Under the pieces are notes generated by a model. It did not search any database, was not told where the DNA came from, and saw only the letters and a program-made list of their open reading frames with translations. The position numbers were made by a program, and so were the translations under genes. This document shows, piece after piece, positions 36,235 through 47,900 of a DNA stretch of 64,000 bases; the stretch's first letter is position 1, and each line of letters begins with the position of its first letter. The stretch is from a virus (lineage: Duplodnaviria; Heunggongvirae; Uroviricota; Caudoviricetes), in the IMG/VR virus record IMGVR_UViG_3300026302_000005, positions 1-64,000 of that record; one strand, given 5' to 3'.

Positions 36235-37173
36235 TCAAACGTAGGTGAGGGCACCAGTAACCGTATCCGTCGGGGTAACGATGTTCGGGCTGCTCAACTG
36301 ACCACCCGAAGTTGCCTTATACAGATCGAATGTTGCAGTGAAGGTTCCATTCACGGTATCCGACGGCCCCGTGTGGGCATCGGTCAGTATGAATCGAATT
36401 TCAACGGTGTCACCATTTCCACCGTTGGCTCCAACAAAGTTTAGACGTCGAGCCCGAACAGTTACGGTATTTGTGGTGTAGTTTGCAGCCGTCATAGTAG
36501 CCGTCAGGATGTCCTGGAATGCGCCAGTAAGATTGTAATATCCGATTGTAAGGGCCGTTCCCACCGTCCCGGATCGATCCGTATCGTTGTGGTTCATCGA
36601 GATCGTGCCGATATTGTTGAGCAGGTTGGTCCACGCAGTATTTTGCGGAGAGACGGTTCCTCCAGCACGAGTCATGGTCAAACGGATTTCTCCACCCGAG
36701 TTGAAAAACCAGCGAGCATTGTTTTCGTTTGTGAAGTCAAACGCGACAGTCGCGGTAACACTGGTATTCCAAGCCGTGGCTCCGGTAACTACGCGAACTC
36801 CGGCTAGGACCGTCATATCGCCCACCGCAGAGTTGAGTCGATTGGTATTGATGTTGGTAAGCATCAACGGGATGTTATCGACATCAGTGATTCCATCATG
36901 GGCAATCACGGTATCCCCAACTTGAAGAGACGCGACCGGTGGAATCAGTGCAGTCCCCGTGCCCTGGTGCAACGCACACACTTCGATCATGTTTCGCAGG
37001 TTCGTCCATTCCAGAGATTCCACGACATCGACCGCAGCAACCACGGTGGGAAGTGTGATACCGGTCTGACCATAGCCGTTGTTACCAGTCCCGACCCCAT
37101 ATACACTCAGTGCATTGGTTCGGAATGTGTTGTAGTCAACTGCCTGAATCACCAAGCCTTGGGTATACGTCAT
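36235..37173 (-). CDS. Virion structural / tail-fibre-like protein
   Basis: T/G/N-rich; GYGQT, ARWFFNSGGEIR; paralog of the next gene. Confidence 0.75.
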   Translation of the reverse strand: MTYTQGLVIQAVDYNTFRTNALSVYGVGTGNNGYGQTGITLPTVVAAVDVVESLEWTNLRNMIEVCALHQGTGTALIPPVASLQVGDTVIAHDGITDVDNIPLMLTNINTNRLNSAVGDMTVLAGVRVVTGATAWNTSVTATVAFDFTNENNARWFFNSGGEIRLTMTRAGGTVSPQNTAWTNLLNNIGTISMNHNDTDRSGTVGTALTIGYYNLTGAFQDILTATMTAANYTTNTVTVRARRLNFVGANGGNGDTVEIRFILTDAHTGPSDTVNGTFTATFDLYKATSGGQLSSPNIVTPTDTVTGALTYV

Positions 37174-37186
37174 GGATGATAACCTC

Positions 37187-38128
37187 TTATGTCGCCGTCA
37201 GAGCCGTCACCGTGGACACGGTGAAGCTTGGAATTGTAAGATGGGTAGTGGCACGAAGTTCGTCAACCTCCACGGTCAGGTTTCCGTCCACCACATCCGA
37301 TGGTCCAGATGCAATGTCATTGAGTTGGATTTGCAAGCGTATCGTGTGCCCACGATCCCCGGTGACACCACTGAAACCCAGAGTTCTGGCATTGACCCGG
37401 AAGGTATTGGTGCCGTAGTAATAGCCGAGGGTCCCGGTTGGTGATGCCGTGAAAATCTGTTGCAGGGGGTTGGTCGTTGGGAGGTTGTAATACCCGAATG
37501 CTGATCCAGTTCCCTGGGCTCCAGTTTTATCCGTGGTGACATGATCCATGATCACCGAACCAATACCATTCAGCAGGTTCGTCCAGCTTGTATTCTGAGG
37601 GGATACCGATCCACCAGTCCGCTCTGCACGAACCCGAATTTCCCCACCAGAGTTGAAGAAGTATCGGGCTGCATCCACTGTCGGCCACACCAGATCGAGA
37701 GTCGTGGTGGCTTGTGTTGTCCACGGATTGGACACCGTTTGCGAACTACGAGCGGTGAACAGGGTCGTGCTGGTCGGAGCAGCCGTCAGTCGAGAGGCGG
37801 TGATATTGGTGAGCATCAGCGGAAAATCATCCGCATTGGTTACCCCGTCGTATGCGACAATCAAATCACCCGGTTGAAGCTGGGTCACCGGAGGGAGAAG
37901 AGTTCCCGCAATACCTTGATGAAGACGACACACCTCGATTGCATTTCGAAAATTCGTCCATTCCACAGACTTAACAATTTCAATCAATCCGCCAGCCACC
38001 GCAGGAACGTTGATAGCAGTTTGACCATATCCAGAGTTGCCAAAACCAACCCCATAGACTTGAAGCAGTTGGGTTCGGAAGGTATTGAAGTCTAATGCCT
38101 CGATGAGGCCACCCTGGATATACGACAT
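37187..38128 (-). CDS. Virion structural / tail-fibre-like protein
   Basis: GYGQT, ARYFFNSGGEIR; tandem paralog of 36235-37173. Confidence 0.75.
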   Translation of the reverse strand: MSYIQGGLIEALDFNTFRTQLLQVYGVGFGNSGYGQTAINVPAVAGGLIEIVKSVEWTNFRNAIEVCRLHQGIAGTLLPPVTQLQPGDLIVAYDGVTNADDFPLMLTNITASRLTAAPTSTTLFTARSSQTVSNPWTTQATTTLDLVWPTVDAARYFFNSGGEIRVRAERTGGSVSPQNTSWTNLLNGIGSVIMDHVTTDKTGAQGTGSAFGYYNLPTTNPLQQIFTASPTGTLGYYYGTNTFRVNARTLGFSGVTGDRGHTIRLQIQLNDIASGPSDVVDGNLTVEVDELRATTHLTIPSFTVSTVTALTAT

Positions 38129-38736
38129 TACTTCACCGTTGTAATTGCAACTTCAACAAGTCGCTCGTCTGTGCCATTATCATCGACCAGAGATCGGGCG
38201 AAGAACATGGGGTTGAAATCATCAAGAACCGTCGATGCTCGACCAACGCCATCTCGATCTGCGATCAGTCGCTGACCCTTGCGAACGGGTCCAATAACGC
38301 GGCAGGGAACTCGTCCAATCAGGGCTACGGGCAGATAGTGTCCTTTGGTCGGATCAGCAGGAACGTTCAGAACATAGGCTGGCTCCGTCGAGATAACCCC
38401 GAATACATCCCAGTCCCCATCAACGGTCGTTGCCGTGATCTCTTTGTCTCCACCTATCTTCACGACGGTCCCGGGAGCATAGTCCTTGTCGGCTTCGTAG
38501 TATTCAGCGATGTCTGCGTAGTAGGAGTTCAAACCGATCACGGTGGCACCAGTGAAGGTTGCCACGCCGGTGACCGTGAAGTCGGTCGTATTGAGGTTGG
38601 TAAACCGACCGGTGTCGGGGGTAATCGATCCGATAGGGGTGCTATCAATCCGCGAGACACCGGTTCCGTCCAGAATAAAATTCTGGACCGGTCGGATTGA
38701 CATATCGAGGACGTCTCTGGTGGCCTTAGTTGTCAT
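38128..38736 (-). CDS. Short fibre protein with intramolecular-chaperone-like C-terminus
   Basis: YADIAEYY...GTVV...GVIST.PAY..N...GRVPC.V.G.V.KG. Confidence 0.75.
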   Translation of the reverse strand: MTTKATRDVLDMSIRPVQNFILDGTGVSRIDSTPIGSITPDTGRFTNLNTTDFTVTGVATFTGATVIGLNSYYADIAEYYEADKDYAPGTVVKIGGDKEITATTVDGDWDVFGVISTEPAYVLNVPADPTKGHYLPVALIGRVPCRVIGPVRKGQRLIADRDGVGRASTVLDDFNPMFFARSLVDDNGTDERLVEVAITTVK

Positions 38737-38750
38737 GTTCTGTGTCTCCC

Positions 38751-40307
38751 TTACGGACGCGATGCCGTGACATACCAGTCGTTTCCGTCAAAGACGAAGG
38801 TGGCTGACCCGTATGCCGTGTTGATTATATATGGTGCAGCCGAACCGTTAATACTAGCGGCACCGGCAACTACACTGATCTGATTCGTATTTGCGCCACC
38901 AGATTCATCCATCACCACAACGCGGCGTCCGGAGTTGACCGGAAGCTGTGCGATTGTGGCCAGGTTGATGGTTACCGGGGTAGTGGTGTTTCGGACTCCA
39001 ATGTAACTGGTTGTCCCAGTGACGTTGTAGGTTCCGGCGTTGATACCAACACGATCTTCATAGCCCTGACCGACGTTCGCCGCGATCTGGACTTCGCTAC
39101 CGAGATCGGTGATGATGACGTTCGCACCTTGCACAAGCGATTTCGTCTGCAAGGTTGTGCCGATTTTGGTTGTGGCCAATGAAACACCGACACCAGCACT
39201 GGCCAGGGTGTTGACTTCACCGACGTTACCCGACACCACAACATTGCGAAGACTGCGAATGTCGATCTCATCACCAGCAGTTCGACCAACCAAAAACTGA
39301 ACCCGGTCATTCACGTATGGAGGGCTGAACGAGGCAATCAAGTTGGGTGTGCCGCTGGCGGGGTCAGTTGGCAGAACCGTGAAGTCGAAGGATGTGGTCG
39401 TGGGGGCTGCGGTGACGATGACCGTGTGGTTGTTGTATTCAGGCTCCAGGAAGTTCACCAATGTAACCGGGGCACCAATCGGAATACCATGAGCCGCCGC
39501 AGTCACAGCACGAGCCGTGGTGGGACCAATTTTGGTCAGCGTGTTGATCTGGGTGTTTTGCTGCAACAGGTTGTAGTCGATGTTTTGGACCTGAACCAAT
39601 CCATTGGCAAACACGAAAATACCAGCCGGGTTCGATCCTGGCTGACCGGTCGAAAAGATCGTCTGGGCGGCGGTGGCGATATAGGATGCTCGGGTGACCG
39701 TGGCAGTCTGGACAATTGCATCACTGACCAATGCCCGGATGTGAATGACTACCCCGGTTGGCGGTGCAGATGTAAAGCTCACCAGAGTGCCAACTACGTT
39801 ATAGTCGCTACCCGCGATCTGTCGAACCCCATCCAGAAACACTTCGGCATATTCAGATTGAATGGCAACGGCTGCACCAGTTGCGAAGTTTGTCAATACG
39901 CCGTTTCCAACGTAATTGTTTTCGATGATCTGGGCCGCGTAACGACCACCGGCTGGTTGCCATGCACCACCGTCGAACACGAACAGAACTTCTGTATCCA
40001 GGTCCCAGAACAGCGATCCGCTTTGTGGTAGCGGGATCACCGGTGGGTTACCAGCAACGTTGCCCACAGAGGCGGGAATACCGTCAAGGGGCTTCCAGGC
40101 CGGGGTCGGGAAGGTGACGTAAACATACAGGGTGGAGTTGGCCAGTGAGAACACCAACCGACCTTCGTAGTTGTCGGTGCTTGCTACCGTGGGAAGCGTC
40201 GGCAATACCTCAGAGGCCGCAGCCAGCGGCTTGCGCGTAGCTGGGTCCAGAAGAACCCCGTAGTTGCCATTAGCAAGCAGGCCATATGCGACGAATGATC
40301 TAGCCAT
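38751..40307 (-). CDS. Tail fibre / structural protein
   Basis: Beta-rich VF.DG..Q....DY repeats and a C-terminal fibre-like module. Confidence 0.7.
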   Translation of the reverse strand: MARSFVAYGLLANGNYGVLLDPATRKPLAAASEVLPTLPTVASTDNYEGRLVFSLANSTLYVYVTFPTPAWKPLDGIPASVGNVAGNPPVIPLPQSGSLFWDLDTEVLFVFDGGAWQPAGGRYAAQIIENNYVGNGVLTNFATGAAVAIQSEYAEVFLDGVRQIAGSDYNVVGTLVSFTSAPPTGVVIHIRALVSDAIVQTATVTRASYIATAAQTIFSTGQPGSNPAGIFVFANGLVQVQNIDYNLLQQNTQINTLTKIGPTTARAVTAAAHGIPIGAPVTLVNFLEPEYNNHTVIVTAAPTTTSFDFTVLPTDPASGTPNLIASFSPPYVNDRVQFLVGRTAGDEIDIRSLRNVVVSGNVGEVNTLASAGVGVSLATTKIGTTLQTKSLVQGANVIITDLGSEVQIAANVGQGYEDRVGINAGTYNVTGTTSYIGVRNTTTPVTINLATIAQLPVNSGRRVVVMDESGGANTNQISVVAGAASINGSAAPYIINTAYGSATFVFDGNDWYVTASRP

Positions 40308-40319
40308 CAGTGAACTTCC

Positions 40320-40967
40320 TTACGTCTTGAAGCCGAATAGGTAGGCGTCCGCACGAAGCGATCCACCAGTTGCAGGGGCCACCACCTGTAGACGAACAGT
40401 CGAGCCACCGGTTGCAACCCGGGTGGTTCCCTGGACAACGAAGTAGGCATGGACGTTTGCAGATGGTAGGCTAACGTTGACATTTTCCAGCACATCTTCG
40501 GGAGACACGATCTGGAGGTTGAGAATTGCAGGACCCGTTGCGGTCGGGGTTCCCCGAACCTTGAGCAGTAGCGCCGTGGTGTGAAACTGATCGCCGTTGT
40601 TGGGATCGGTGAACAGATCGGTGGTTCCGGTCAGAGCCAGGTTGATGTCGGTAGCCGTGCTCAACATGGGGAAGCCCGAATTGGAGTTCGTGGTCGGGCT
40701 TCCAAAAGGAACGAACTGTGTCCCATCATAGTAGTTCATCTGGTCGGCGGCGTTGTTATACCACAGCATACCCTGAACTGGGTTCGACGGGGGGATATTT
40801 CGGGTGAAATTCTCCAGGAGGCGATACTGGGTCGAGGCGATGATAGGACCATAAAGGCTAATCCCCTGACCGATCAGTTCAATCGGAAAGCTGGCCCCCG
40901 TGGTGGTCGCAACGCCAATCGTTGCAACTGTCGCACCAGCAGTATTTGTGATCGTATAGGCGGGCAT
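40320..40967 (-). CDS. Structural (baseplate/fibre) protein
   Basis: LLENF...P.NP.QG.LWY motif typical of large myovirus fibre N-termini; TAAATAC upstream. Confidence 0.7.
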   Translation of the reverse strand: MPAYTITNTAGATVATIGVATTTGASFPIELIGQGISLYGPIIASTQYRLLENFTRNIPPSNPVQGMLWYNNAADQMNYYDGTQFVPFGSPTTNSNSGFPMLSTATDINLALTGTTDLFTDPNNGDQFHTTALLLKVRGTPTATGPAILNLQIVSPEDVLENVNVSLPSANVHAYFVVQGTTRVATGGSTVRLQVVAPATGGSLRADAYLFGFKT

Positions 40968-41042
40968 GCAGATATTCCTCTAACTTGGTGTATTTAGGCT
41001 CGATCTTCATCGAGAAGCTTTGTGCTTGCTGACCCTAAGAAA

Positions 41043-41639
41043 TCACGGGTTGATGGTTATTCTGAGGGTGTAGACAACTTCAACAACCCGATTCGCCGAT
41101 TTCTCAATCGGTGAGAACACCACGTGGGTAATCAGAAGACCATCTTCGGTCTTCAATCCGATCTCATCAAACACGAAACTCGACGAGTTGATGTCGGTGC
41201 CACTGATGTTGTCAAAGGCTGGTTGGCCGAATGGCTCGTTCTTGTCGATAACACAGCGGATTTCGACATCCGAGAAAAGCGTCCCATTGATGTGTCTGAC
41301 CGCCATTTGGTTTCCCGACGGGGCTCCATCATTGTCATCAACGACCTCGAAATACACTGGCACGTTCAGGTCCGCTGCACCCGTCGTGGTGTTAGGAACA
41401 GCATAGGTGATCGTTCCAAGGGGATCAATCGTTGCACCACCAGTCCCGAAATGCATCGAGTAGATCGATCCGTTCTCACGGTTCGCAATAGCTCGGGCAA
41501 TCAAAATCGATGCATGCTCACGATGGATAGCGTTCCGCTTGTTCAAAAGGATGATCGGTTCATCAACCCCATCATCGTAACCACGAATCAGAAGATGACC
41601 TTCCATCCCGATTGAAATTTGATCTGACAATCTGCTCAT
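41043..41639 (-). CDS. Baseplate/tail-collar-like structural protein
   Basis: K.NAIH, FDEIGL, THVVF.PI.K..NR..EV.Y. Confidence 0.7.
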   Translation of the reverse strand: MSRLSDQISIGMEGHLLIRGYDDGVDEPIILLNKRNAIHREHASILIARAIANRENGSIYSMHFGTGGATIDPLGTITYAVPNTTTGAADLNVPVYFEVVDDNDGAPSGNQMAVRHINGTLFSDVEIRCVIDKNEPFGQPAFDNISGTDINSSSFVFDEIGLKTEDGLLITHVVFSPIEKSANRVVEVVYTLRITINP

Positions 41640-41659
41640 TTTTTCTTCTCCTGGGGTAT

Positions 41660-41968
41660 TTAGACGTTCATCGCATGGGCATGGATGATATATCTGACTT
41701 CGAATTGGTTGTGTTGTGGGATCGGAACCACCATAGAAGGATCGACGATGATGTGATGTTCTCCCACCTCGTCGGTATACTGAAACACCTGAGTTTCCCT
41801 GAACATCTGGCGATCCAGTAGATTCTTCATCGCCAGTTGTTCACCAGACTGATAGGTGAACACCAAAATCATTCTTCTTCCGACCAAATCCAAAACCCGC
41901 ACGGTGCAGGCATCAGCAAGCATATCGGATTCTTCCGGATATTCAGTTTGGAAACGCATCATGGCCAA
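41660..41968 (-). CDS. Hypothetical protein
   Basis: 102-aa ORF with GGGAG RBS overlapping the giant gene's stop. Confidence 0.55.
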   Translation of the reverse strand: MAMMRFQTEYPEESDMLADACTVRVLDLVGRRMILVFTYQSGEQLAMKNLLDRQMFRETQVFQYTDEVGEHHIIVDPSMVVPIPQHNQFEVRYIIHAHAMNV

Positions 41969-44900
41969 TAATCTCCCGCGTGTTGCATGACGTGATAGGC
42001 TTCTGGGAAGTCGGTAGCCGCCGACGCGGTTTGGCCCAGGGCATAAGTGCCAGAGACGATGCCGCGACCGAACAGCGGATAGGACAGAACCGGTGGTGTA
42101 GTAAAGGTGTCACCAGTATTGAAGATGACGTTCCAGGTTGCCCCGGAAAGCTCGACGATCTGCTGATCCAGCAGAGATAGAACTTGAGTTCCAGACGGGA
42201 ACACACTGGACACGATGTTCCATACCAGACCATCCCACTCATAGACACGGGAAATCGTGGTGTTCAGAACACGGAACCCGGGCTGACGCCCAGTCTCGAA
42301 TCCATCGGGGGTGTCATAGTCGGTGTGGTCAGCCCGAACCCGATCCACGATCTCAGTCATACGAACCAAGATCGAACTGCTATTCGGCCCACGTTGCGGC
42401 TGGGTGTAGTTCAGCACGATGTTTCCACCCAAACTGAGGGTGTTTAGTGTCAGACCCCCTGCGGAGATATCATATGGACCGGGAACCGATATCACCTGGA
42501 AGTCCCCAAGGCGTCCAACGGGGAACTGATCGAACAGAGTCGTTACGGTATCACCAGGAATGATGGTGTGCCGGGGCACAATCCGTATGGTGTCACCCAC
42601 CGATGGGACCACTGTGATCGATGGGATTTGAGCGATCTGCACGTTGCGGACAATCCGGAAGCTGATTGTGGTGCCAGGTGCTGGGGGGACCGTCCAGTTG
42701 ATGACATCCGGTGATCCATCCGTGAGGGTATAATCGGTGACAAATCCCGAGTATCCGTTCTGCACGGTGTCGCCGACAAACACCAGCATGTTGCTGGGAT
42801 CAGCCGTGGTGAGACCGGTGATCGGATCGCTAGGTCCACCAGAAGCCACAATCGTGATATGCTGCTGGTTATACGAGAGGTATGCGGACGGCGGCATGAC
42901 CCGGATGTGAATGATGTCGCTTACCGCAGGAGGGGTGGTAAACTGGATGGTCCCCTGCACCGGGATCGAGTAATCCGGTCCAAGTGCCTGATACCGTCCA
43001 TTGACGAAGACCCACGCGGTGATGATGTTGGCATTCGAACCCACCACATAGGTATCAGTGACGCCATCCCCGGTGAAGTTGGATTGAACAAAGATTGCGT
43101 CATCATCAGCTACTGTGTTTCCGATGGCGAACGTAATGACATCATCCAGGTAGTTCGGTGCGGTTGCCAATACTACATCATCCGTGGGGTTGATCGAGTA
43201 GGCAGACAGGGCAACCAGGTCACCATTGACGAACACGAATGCATTACGCTCGTGAACGCTACCACCGATATGCCCAGTCGGGAACACCGTCACAAGGCTA
43301 CCAGCCTGTGTATGACGTCCGATGGGCGTCGAATAGATCGGCATCAGACTGGGAGGTGGCTGCACGAATTGCACATCCGTCCCGGCAATCGTATACTGGG
43401 TTCCCAAGATTTGCGGGATGTTGTTCTTGAAGACCTGAACCACCCCATACTGAGCAGCACTGGCATCAAAGATCGTTGTGATGCCATCAGCCGTATACAG
43501 GATATCTGGTTGTGTCGGGAATTCCAAAACCCACGGTGCTTCGGGCACAATTTGATATTCGACACCCTCAGTGACAACCGAGCCGTTAACCCGAACCTGG
43601 GCAATTCTGTTGGTGCCAGGTGTTTGCACGAACCTGGTATTGCTGACAGTGGTCGCGTAGCTGGTGGGGATCGTCCGATTACCCACAGGAATGATTGTTT
43701 CCGCTCCAGCCATAAGGAAGAAGACTCTACGACCGGCATCCACGGGATAGTCATCCCATGGAGCCGAATCCCACGGGGTTGCATCCCAGCCTGCATAGGC
43801 CGGAGTATGATCGGTCTTCACACAGATGACCACGGAGTCTTCGACCTCCGACGGGATGCGTTCCTGTGGCGATTCAGGGATCGGCAGATAGCATTCATCC
43901 ATACCCGGGAACGGTGCATAGATACCAGCGTTCATCATCCGCATGACGTGGTGTTCATACGAGGATGGATACGGCTGGAACAGGGTGTCTTCGAAGTCCA
44001 CACCCAGTGATGGTGCCGACCCTTCATAGAATCCACCTGTCTGTAGAAGCTCAACCGTATAGTTCGGGCCCAGGCCAGCGTTGAATCGAATTGTCACCGA
44101 CGTGTGGGTGACGGTCTTGGTGTAGGATAGACCCACGTCGGCCAGAATGACTTCGGTGCCGAGATTTCGCAGGACGAGAACATGGTCGTATAGCGTAGGA
44201 TCGAATGGGGAGGTAAAGGTGTAATCCTGGACCCCTGGCAAACCAGGTTGAACTCCCAGCGAGTAAGTCTCGGCTCGACCGAGATCGGCCCAAGACCAAA
44301 ACGGCTTGTCCCATCCTTCGAATTCCGTATCCCACGGGAATCGATCCCATCCACCGTCATCGATCCCATCACAGGCCAACCGGTCCAATAGGATCGTGAT
44401 CTTGATATCCGGGAACTCATCGATCTGCATTCCCATGTTCTCGACGTTATCGACCGTGTAGGTGAACGTGCTGGTGCGCAGCTTGGTCCGATACGGCTTC
44501 ATGTCCAAAGCATTAGCAATGACAGCTTCTTGCTCATTCGAGCGAACGAACGGTGATTGCCCAATGGAATCGAACATCTGCATTGTGATGTAAGATGTCT
44601 TGATGAACCAATCGGCAGTCGGATGCTGGTGCAGCATCTCATACAGCAGAGAGAATACCAGGTTGTTCCGTTCTTCCTTATCCATCACTGCATAGGCAGC
44701 TTCAAATGCTTGACGAATATCCGCAGCCGTCGATGAAGCATCCACTGCGATGGTCGTGGTGAAATTGGCAACACCGACCTCCAAGAACAACCCATCCTCC
44801 AGCACATAGGTGGAGTTCACCGTAACACCGGTCCAGGGATCAGTGTTGGCAGAGTTGAGGACCTTGACCAGATCACCTTCGTAGTATCGCTTCTTCGTAT

Positions 44901-47900
44901 ACCGATCCGTCCGGATGGCTTCGCTGGCGACTGTATCGAATACCGATTTTCCTTCATAGTCGAAGTCGCGGTATTCGGAACGAGACCACCAAACACCCTC
45001 TTCACTGATCGGGAAAATGTTGATCAAGTTGGTGGTTGATGACAGGTTCTTTCGAGCCAGGATTGTGGTAGCGGCATCCGAAAATACCCGGAGTGCTTCC
45101 GCCCGATCAGCAAACACCGTCTGCTGCGGGAACGTATCAGTTCCATACTTTTCCGTGTCTGACAGTAGGGGGTTCGGAATAGGATTACCCAGATCATCCA
45201 CACCGGCCAAGCAGTCAATCAGCTTCTCCAATATTGGGTCTGGGATCGTGATAAAACGACTCCCCTCGGACACCAACAACCACTCGGTGTGGTTGTCCAG
45301 TTCCCGGCGATCCTGCATGATCTCCAAAGCATAGCCATCATTGACCTGTTCGCCATTGACAAACGTCAACAGGTGAGTATCGTCGATCACTGCAAACCAT
45401 GGCACATTGTTGATCGTCGGATTATTCAGTCGTGATGCAACCTCACTGGTCGTCAAATTCTTGACGCTGTTGTTTCCCTGGTTGTCGATCACCCAGAAAT
45501 AGTAGTATAGCTTCTTGCTACCCCGGGCATCAACGGATGCTCTGGTCACATAGCTGGTGTCATTCCCATCCTTGGGAGTTCCGGTCGGGCTCCCAGCGAT
45601 GGTTTGCGATGCCACATAGGTATTCCATCCCGACGGCGGAACAGGCGATTCCACCCACTGGTAGACATCGACAAACCCTGTAGTAACCTTGATGTTGCCG
45701 GTTGCAGGCGTGTTGTAAAGACCCTGGACGACAAACGTAAATTCCGTGGCGTTGAATACGGTGACTTCCCACACCCCGTTGTATTCGACAGGGGTGGCAC
45801 CAGAGATCAAAACTGTATCACCGGTAACCAGACCATGCGGAGCAACCGCCCCCGTCACCGGGTCATATGTGATCACCGTGGCGTTCTGGTTGGTTCGGGA
45901 GATCGATCCTGCGAAGAACTCCTGCTTTCCCCACATCTGGGCCACCAGGTTGTAATCCGGAATGAAGCTGAGTGCATCCATGTATTTCAGTCGGGACTGA
46001 TCCCACCAAAGCTGACCTACGTGGTTCTGACCCCATTGCAGATTGTCCGAGTAGGACGAACCTGATCCATCCGTGTAGCGGGCGGGGTCGAGGAACCCGA
46101 TATAGTCGATCTCACACAGGGCCTCGGGGTCATACAGACGCGAACCCACATATGGGTTGTAGTGGAACATGCGAACTGCGACCTGGCCGGTCTCCGTGTC
46201 AAACAGCTTCACAAATAGCCGGGTCTGCTCATCATATGCACCGGTCAGTGTGGTCGGCAAGGTATAGCTGACCACATTGGTAGTGCTGCTCTGGATGGGC
46301 GGAATGATCCAGCGGCCCGTGTTGGGAGACGAACGATTGAAGCTTTCGACCTGTAGAAGCGTGTCGTAGCTGTTGCTTGCAACGTTGAACTCGATCACCT
46401 GGAGCTTGTCCCGGTAGTCACTCTGTTCGACTCGGAACTGCACTAGCTCACGACGGGTGTCTCCAAAATCGCACCAACGCCATGCCCAATCCTCATTAAC
46501 AACCACTCCATCACGGCCCATACGGGTTCCACGAGAGAAGGCGATCAGTGGTCGGATCGTGCCTTTGGTATGGAGCATACCTCGGTGGTAGTCGAATTGA
46601 CTACGCTCGTTGGCGTCAATCGCGTCCATCATCGGGGTCTTCTCACCAGTCGTGCTGGTGTATACCCCATTGGGATACCAACCATACAGTTCACGAGCCT
46701 GGTCACGCTTGATAGGATCATCCAGCGTGTCGATTCGGTCGTAATACCGAGTGAAGTCCTTGGCCTGCTTTTCGAAGTTTGGAAGCAGTGTTCCACGACT
46801 GATGACAAAGCCATTGGCCTCAAGGCGTCCCTGCCATCCGGTCGTGCGGTATCCATCCAGCCGAAGTGCGGGTTGGGCCAGGGCCAGGATCGGATCGTAG
46901 ATCAGATCGTTGAACTTGGTGACATTGCTGAAAAACACAACATGCTGATCTTCGACTACCAAAACTCGGGTCCCATAGATATCGGGGGCACCCTCATTTG
47001 AGGATAGGGTGATGCGATTCCCGATACGGGATGTGAAGATCAATTCCGGATCAATCGGATTGGCTTCCTGGTCAATGATGCCGAATGCCCCATTCTGCAC
47101 AGACTCAACGTTCAGGACCTGACCAAATGATGATTCGAATGCAGCGGTGCGAGCAAACGGGCTGTAGAAGAAATCCGGGATGTCCGTAGTTGCAGCCCGG
47201 GTGGTTTCCACTACCCATGTTGCAAACTTCTGCGCCCCATACAGCCAATCCCGGACCACACCAGGAGAAACCTCTTCTTCAAATACCCAACCGTCATTCC
47301 GTAGCTTACGGCCATAGCCGAGCATGAAGTTGATCACATCGGGTGCGGTATCGTAATACCGTCCATATTCGATCTCTTCAAAGACGCCCCGGCCCGAGTC
47401 GATATAGGGGAATGGCACCCCGTTTACGACGAACTGCTTGACCCTGGTAGACGGGCTGGATTGCACAGTGAGAACCGAGACTCCAACGATGTCTCCGGCA
47501 TTGATCGTCACGATGTCTTCGATGACAACGGTATTGCCGTTGATCGTCACGTGTTGGGATTTCAGCTTGAGGCCGTTGACCATCACCGACAGGGTTGCAC
47601 TATCACTGACGTTTTCCGTTCGTGGCAAACGGAAAGTCGTGACGGCGAATTCATGTTGATTGGCAGTAGCCGTGAAGTCCTCGTTCAGTTCGATCTGCCC
47701 ACCGGCAATCGGTGCCACCGGCAATTCGATGATGAAGCGGGGATTGAACAGATCAAAGCCGAAAACCCGATATCCAGTTCCCTCACGGGTGACCAGGACT
47801 CCGGAACCGAAGAACTCCTCGGTCGGTTTGGAACGGTGCAGGATCGGGTGGATATCCTCGAACGGGATACGCAGGCCCGAAAGTGTTTGCACATTGGTTC

